DNA from: the human T2T-CHM13v2.0 reference genome, Homo sapiens
Length of the DNA: 64,000 nt
Direction: 5' to 3' (one strand)
NCBI RefSeq assembly: GCF_009914755.1
Contig: NC_060936.1
Made by a program: the position numbers and the translations under genes. Under the pieces are notes generated by a model. It saw only the letters and a list, made by a program, of their open reading frames with translations, ran no database searches and was not told where the DNA came from. Position 1 is the first letter of the stretch. Every line of letters begins with the position of its first letter. This document shows positions 53,649 through 64,000 of this stretch, piece by piece.

Positions 53649-53934
53649 TTTTTTTTTTTTTTTTTTTTTGAGACAGAGTCTCGCTCTGTCCTCCAGGCTG
53701 GAGTGCAGTGGCGCGATGTCAGCTTACTGCAAGCTCCGCCTTCCAGGTTCACGCCATTCTCAAGTAGCTGGGACTACAGGCAGCCGCCACCATACCTGGC
53801 TAATTTTTTGTATTTTTAGTAGAGAAGGGGTTTCACTGTGTTAGCCAGGATGGTCTTGATCTCCTGACCTTGTGATTTACCCACCTCAGCCTCCCAAAGT
53901 GCTGGGATTACAGGCATGAGCCACTGCACCCGGC
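53649..53934 (-). mobile_element. AluY-like
   Basis: gcaagctccgcc, cacgccattct diagnostics. Confidence 0.9.
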
Positions 53935-54524
53935 TTGGAAGCCTTTTTTAAACACAGGGAAGTGTCACCAACTTCTTCATCTGTGCCTCCAGCTCTCCCA
54001 GAAGGTTTCCCGTCATTAAACCAGGCATTAACGTAGAATTTGCATTGGATTTTTTTTTTTTTTCTTAGGGTCTTGGTATAGCTCAAGCTTTTCTCTAATT
54101 GAAAAAAAGCTTATACCCCGTCACTTTAAAACATTGACCTGCTAGGTAAAAAATCCATGGTCAACCTGATTTACAACATTATTGATAATACTTATCTACC
54201 AATCCCATATAAGTTGGAGCTAAACATAGTTTAGAAGAAAGAACTGTTATTTCTGGTCTACTCTGCCTCTGGTCCAAAAAGAAGTACTAATTTTCTTAAT
54301 AGTAGGTAGCTGTTTAGCATGTATCAAACCATTTTCATAACCTATGTTCTTTTAAAATGTCTATGTGCATAGTGGGTGTTTCTAATAACACGGCTGGCCT
54401 AATTTTGGCTAAATTTTGGTTAAGTGTAGTAGAATTAGGTTAACGTAGTTTCAACCATTCATGATACCCTGATTTATGATAATTTGGAAAGAAAGAATAG
54501 CAACCTCGAAACAGTTTCTGAGTA

Positions 54525-54828
54525 GGCCAGGTGCAGTGGCTCACGCCTGTAATCCCAGCCCTTTGGGAGGCCAAGGTGGGTGGATCACCTGAGGTCAGGG
54601 GTTCAAGACCAGCCTGGGCAACATGGCAAAACCTCGTCTCTACTAAAAATACAATAATTAGCCAGGCGTGGTGGTGTGTGCCTGTAGTGCTGGCTACTCC
54701 GGAGGCTGAGGTAGGAGAATCCCTTGAACCCAGGAGGCGGGGCTTTCAGTGAGCTGAGATTGCGCCACTGCACTCCAGCCTGGGCGACAGAGCGAGACAG
54801 CGTCTCAGAAACAGCAACAACAACAAAC
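54525..54828 (+). mobile_element. Alu
   Basis: Dimeric Alu; TSD aaacagtttctga. Confidence 0.95.
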
Positions 54829-55137
54829 AGTTTCTGAATAGCTACAATTTTCATAATAAACCTCTTCATTCTTAGGGGTCACTTGAGGTTCTCTGGATGG
54901 CTCCTCCGCTCCCCTTCCCGGGAACAGAAGTGGTATCTATAGTGGTTGGAGTTCCTAGAGCCAAGCCATGACAATTGCATCTTTAAGGGTAAAAGCTGAA
55001 ACACAAATGGGAATTCGAGGCCCAAGGACCTACAGCCTCTGAAGGCATAAATGCATTACATAGCCCTTGAACAGCACCCTTTTATACATCACCAGCGAGG
55101 AGGACCCGTCAGGTGATAAAGGGTATAGATTCTATAA

Positions 55138-55661
<524 letters not shown>

Positions 55662-55723
55662 CAATAGATCATTCTAATTCATAGACTTTTATCCAATAAG
55701 ATTTAGGGTTGGTTTCCTGTTGA

Positions 55724-56043
<320 letters not shown>

Positions 56044-56949
56044 AATACACTATTCTTAAAGTGATAAATGCTTTTCTCCAAATGCTTAAAACCTTAGGTA
56101 TCTAGGAAAAGACAAAATAACTCTTCAGCAGTGCCAGGTGAGTGGTGTTTTTTTCTGGTAATTATCTAATACATGGGAAGAGGGAGTAAGATTTAGTAGA
56201 GTAGTAGGAAGAAAGAATGCTTATGCGAAGATAGGTTGAATAGAGTAGGAAGAGATGTCTTCACTTTTCACCACACTAATAGCGTTGGCTTTGGGGTCTG
56301 AGTGTGCTCCAGGTCTGGCTCTGCAACCTGGTAGAATGAGTAGCCTCCTTTTCGTAAATCTTTCATATAGTCACAGCTCTGATTTATCTGGAAGGTTGAA
56401 TGCATCTTCCTTCATCTCTGTCATCGCTAATGTAACAGACCAGTATCTTGATGGATACAGAAAATCTAGTCTACTCAGAGAAGGGAATTTCAAACCTATG
56501 AATGACCATGTGTGGCTCTGTCAACTGTTGGTGTGTCTTTGTAGAATGAGCTTTTATAACCCATCTTTAGAGCATTAATTAGCATGCTAACTATACTAGT
56601 AGCTTTGGGGGTGTGATAGAAATGTGTAGATGGCTGTTGTGTGCGTTTAGAGTGAGTGTTGAAGAATAATGCATTGTGATAGGGTTCTAGAGATTGAGAT
56701 TCTTCCACTTTTGTAGGAGGGGCTTAGGAGCAGCTGCCTATTATTTGAAATCAATATTATTGCAAGAAAAGCAACCATTATGGTTATGTTGCTATGATTC
56801 AGCAAATGGCGCCCCCAAAACAAGCCAAAAAAAAACCTTACAATAAATTGTGCTGAAATTTGATTTTAGATTTCTGCATGTATAGATTTTATATATATAT
56901 ATATAGTAAATCTTTTTTTTTATATATATATATATATATATATACATAA

Positions 56950-57642
<693 letters not shown>

Positions 57643-57902
57643 CTAGTAAAAACACGGACTGCTCAGAACTAGTATCTCCAAAATTTATGTAAGAAACAAA
57701 ATTTCCATTATTGACTATACTAGATATTTTCATCATTCTCAAATTTTTGTGGAACACTTAAAATTTGTATTAGCAGATATGTCAAATCTTTTGTCTAGGT
57801 TGGAAAACTCTTAACTGGAAGAACATAGCTAAATCTTTGATAATGAAAGTACACCTTCTTATTAATTTTGGCCTCTGGAAAACAATACTGAATGAACTCT
57901 GA

Positions 57903-58250
<348 letters not shown>

Positions 58251-59789
58251 TGAATTGCTTTAGTAGTTCCATAAAAATGTAGTCCAGAAAAATCTACATT
58301 GATGATTTTCATTTTCAACAGATTCCAAGTGAATTCAACAGAAAAGCTGTAATTCTTGAGTTCCTGATAGTTCTGGAGTGACAGTACTCCACTACGGTGC
58401 AACTCCTCACCACCATCCCCAGTTTCTCTTTTATAATCTCAGGCTTTTTAACTTGGTGAAATGTTTTTCTGGAAAGAGAAATGGTCATATAGCACTGAAC
58501 AATAGAGCAGGTGTGGCGGTTCTTAGGAAACACTGAGTTATGTTTTCATCTTAATCTCAACCCCTTGCCTAAAAAGTTGTTAGTGTCCTCTGTTGTCTGC
58601 CTAATTAAAATATAAACATGCTCCAATGTGATACCAACTTTTTTTCATCTGTACTGGTCTAGATCTAGTGCTGGGGACCGCTTCCAAGTGCATGACAGAC
58701 CCCAGGTGATCACAGGATGGCCTAGCTATCACACTAGTTGGCCTTAAGTTAAAAGACTTTTCACTGTTATTGGGGTTGGGGGCAGGCAGGGGACTGTTTT
58801 AATTGTCCTTCTCTCTACTAATGCTGTTCATATTTTTCCACCCTGGCAGACATACGCCATCATCCAGTCTATTCTCTTATCTGGAGTGTATCCCTCAGTT
58901 CTTGCTCACTCTTAGTCACTGCCTTCTCCCCACCACCACCCCCCCAGATGTGGCCTTGCCCTCATTTGAACACTCAAATGAACTATTCAAGATGAGTAGG
59001 CAAGTACTTAATGAAACAGACAGACTTTCAAATCTGTCACCATGACATCTGTGTGAGACCTCTTTTCATAAGCTAGTTGTTTAGATGGCCAGTCATTTCT
59101 ATATCACAGATATTAAGTACCCATTTAAAGCGATCATTTTATGGAAAGATAATTTGAAGTTATTGGTCTGACCAAATTTATTCTTCCTGAGATGTCAAGG
59201 GACTCTTGGATGATAAGTTACTGGATTAGGCTAAATCGTTTGTCCACAATTTATAATGATATAGATTTATATAGATGTATGTGTTCTTGCAGTTTTTAGA
59301 CACAAAATATTGAGCATTCTATGTGACTGTATTCCAACCCCACCTCCAAGAATATAAGCTCTTTGAGGGAAAGATGTATATTCAGTATCTTTTCATCACA
59401 TACAATTCTTGTTGAGTATCACACAATTAGTAGATAAGGAACAAAATCAGCAACTTCTTTCTCCACAGTGCTTCTCTTTAAGGTGGAGAACTTGTGCTGA
59501 ATTGTCACTTTTTGACAGGAGTCAGTCTGTTCTCTGTCCTTCTAGAGGCTGAAGATTGTAAAGACAAAAGTGAATGGATTTAGTTTGGATACCATGTGCA
59601 TGATGCTTCTTTCCTGCTAGCCCATTTTCATGATTCTGATTTTCTTTCGAAAAGCATTTTAAAGTGGTAAGGTTTTGCATGAAAATTTAAGTGGATAAAT
59701 AACTAACAGTTACATATTTTACCTGTTCTGAAAAGGATATACCATTAATTGGCTGTAGATGTCCAATATGTGACCCTTGAGATGAGCAC

Positions 59790-59880
59790 TTGAAATATGA
59801 CTGGACTAAGGAATTGAATTTTAAATTTTATTTAATCTTAAATTTAGCCATATGATGCTAGTGGTGACTGTGTTAGCTGT
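59790..59880. mobile_element. MER3/MER33-like hAT fragment
   Basis: actaaggaattgaattttaaattttatttaat..aaatttagccatatg..gctagtgg. Confidence 0.45.
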
Positions 59881-60163
59881 AGACCCTCAAAAGCATGAAA
59901 GGTTCAAAAGTAGCAGAGTTTAGGACAGACTGGAATTAATTGGCAGATCAAGGGCCCAGAGGAGCCCAATTCTATCTGCAGGTTTGTCAATTTAGATGAG
60001 TAGACAAGTGCTTAATGAAACATGCTGGATTTTAAAACTACCATCACCAAAAGTTGGATATTAGCACATCTGCCTTAAGCTAGTAGTTTAGATGTGAATC
60101 ATTTCTGGACCATAGATAATTACTCATTTAAATTTATCGGCCTTTTTTTTGAAAGATACATTT

Positions 60164-60425
<262 letters not shown>

Positions 60426-60593
60426 CTAAATCACTTATCAAATTTATATACTATTTTCATGAGGCTTTCTAAAAAGTAATTTATGAAAGAGAGATGTTGA
60501 GACACAAGGGTTCCATATTACTCATTTTTGGAAGAAAAGTTTAGTCATGCTGATGTCTTGTAGATGCAGGATTGGTTTTAAATCTGAAGCATA

Positions 60594-60885
60594 GACCGGG
60601 CGCGGTGGCTGACACCTGTAACCCCAGCACTTTGGGAGGCCGAGGCAGGTGGATCACGAGGTCAGGAGTTCAAGACCAGCCTGGCCAAGATGGTGAAACC
60701 CCATCTCTACTAAAAGTACCAAAATGAGCTGGGCATGGTGGTGGGAGCCTGTAATCCCAGCTACTCGGGAGGCTGAGGGAGGGAATTGCTTGAACCAAGG
60801 AGGCGGAGGTTGCAGTGAGCCGAGATTGCACCACTAGACTCAAGTCTGAATGACAGAGCGAGACTCTGTCTCAAAAAAAAAAAAA
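60594..60885 (+). mobile_element. Alu
   Basis: Dimeric Alu; TSD aaatctgaagcata. Confidence 0.95.
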
Positions 60886-61590
60886 TCTGAAGCATAAAAT
60901 GTTTCTTCAGAAAAGCAGACACATCTTATACTAATGGTTTTTCAACATTATTAATCTCCTGTAATTTAGCTCTGTCTTGGAGAACTGGAAACATCATAGT
61001 CAATGACCTAGATACATGAGACTTTGCATTTCATTTATTCAGGACTGCAACATTTTGAATATGGATGATTTTGAACTCCCTATTTACTATTTACTAAGTG
61101 ATGATGTACTTTTCAGGCGGCTAGCCACCTGCGTTATGTCCCATTATTAACGTAATCCAGGAAGTTGCTTAGAGAGCATAGAATTGTGTAACAAGAATTT
61201 CATCTAGGCAATAGAAACCAGTTTATTCCTAACCCAAACCTAGTGACCAGAAAAAGAGGCCTGTAACTCTGCAGTCCGGACCAGTAGTTGCTGTTTACTT
61301 TTCCAGTGATGCGAGACAAACTCTTAACATTTTTATTTAACTTAAAAACTAACATTCACTTGCCAGTCTTGATAGAGGGCCAGTGCCTTTGGTTGCCATA
61401 GATCCTCTGTAAGCCTCCAATTTTGAATAAAATACAAAGGTTTTGAAATCTGATTTGTAGTTTCTCTGTTGAAAGTAGAATTTGAACTTAGAGACCCTTG
61501 CATGCACTTTTGGATTTTTAATTTTCTTTTTCTAATTTTCTATAAAGTCTCATCTGGGTATAATTTGATAATGTAATAACCCCCCCTCCC

Positions 61591-61865
61591 TTTTTTTGAG
61601 ACAGTCTCATTCTGTCGCCCAGGCTGGAGTGCAGTGGCATGATCACAGCTCACTGTAACCTCGACCTCCTGGGCTCAGGTGATCCCTTCCACCACAGCCT
61701 CCTGAGTAGCTGGTATTATGGGCACATGTCACCATGCATGGCTGATTTCTGTATTTTTTTGTAGAGGGAGTTTTGCTGTGTTGCCCAGGCTGTTCTCACA
61801 CCTGCCCGCCTTGGCCTCCCAAAGTGCTGGGATGGGATTACAGGCGTGAGCCACCATGCCTGGCC
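61591..61865 (-). mobile_element. Alu (J-type)
   Basis: Dimeric Alu. Confidence 0.88.
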
Positions 61866-62129
61866 TGGAATGCTGCTTTTCTAAGAGGAGGTTCTATGCC
61901 TAAATAGATACTCTCTTTTAACTCAGCATTTTGGGGGCTTGAGAGAAGGGTGGGAGTTGCTGAATTGTCAGCTTGAAACTTTCCAGTTTGGAAAAGTTCC
62001 TGGTAACTTAGTCAAATGAGAGAGGACTCCTGTGCTGGCTGAGAACTCTTAAAGGCCAGCAGCTCCTGGCAGCAGGGAGGGAGCAGGGCAGATAGAAGTG
62101 CTGGCATGCATTTAAAAGAAAAAAAAATC

Positions 62130-62708
<579 letters not shown>

Positions 62709-62849
62709 TAGTTATCATCATCATCTCTATGCACACTGGGAATTAAACTTCGTGATAAACCCTATGTGTTTTCGAGGGAGAACTGTTTAAATTTACTTGA
62801 AGGTAGTATACTAAGATAATTTTGTGGACACTTTTGTTCAAATTGACTT

Positions 62850-63155
62850 ATTTATTTTTATTTTTTATTTTTTTGAGACAGAGTCTCACTCCATTGCCCA
62901 GGCTGAAGTGCAGTGGTGCAGTCTCGGCTCACTGCAACCTTCGCTTCCTGAATTCAAGCAATTCTTGTGCCTCAGCCTCCTGAGTAGCTGGGACTACAGG
63001 AATGTGCTACCACACCCAGCTAATTTTTGTATTTTTAGTAGAGATGGGGTTTCACCATGTTGGCCAGGTTGGTCTTGAACCCCTGACCTCAGATGTCCAC
63101 CCACTTCAGCCTCCCAAAGTGCTGGGATTATAGGCATGAGCCACCACGCTCACCT
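62850..63155 (-). mobile_element. Alu
   Basis: Dimeric Alu. Confidence 0.95.
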
Positions 63156-63190
63156 TGAGTTGATTTTAACTTAAGTGAAGTTCAACCTAA

Positions 63191-64000
<810 letters not shown>

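Overview
Primate (almost certainly human) genomic DNA, extremely Alu-dense: by hand count about 74 Alu copies or fragments, roughly one third of the window. The only recognisable protein-coding sequence is coding exon 1 of NUDT4 (DIPP2, diphosphoinositol polyphosphate phosphohydrolase 2; + strand, 49297-49395) inside a CpG island. About 14.6 kb of intron 1 follows, and exon 2 is not in the window. The ~48 kb upstream is repeat-rich. It holds a U13 snoRNA retropseudogene, a 5' tRNA-Glu fragment, a MER9 (HML-3) solo LTR with a 6-bp TSD, MER4-, MER21- and MaLR-type LTRs, Tigger/MER DNA transposons, L1/L2/MIR relics and several microsatellites. Almost all ORFs in the supplied track are Alu or simple-repeat artefacts. 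I see no evidence of a novel multi-gene system. The best leads are: (i) an in-frame GUG-initiated, polyQ-containing N-terminal extension plus a uORF in the NUDT4 5' leader; (ii) a recent 424-bp Alu-Alu recombination duplication at the window end; (iii) an unexplained run of five hairpins at 15.25-15.45 kb; (iv) a duplicated TATA-containing 32-mer abutting a perfect (ATGCT)21; and (v) several motif-dense candidate enhancers. Repeat family names are from recalled consensus sequences, and repeat boundaries are approximate (about +/-10-20 nt).
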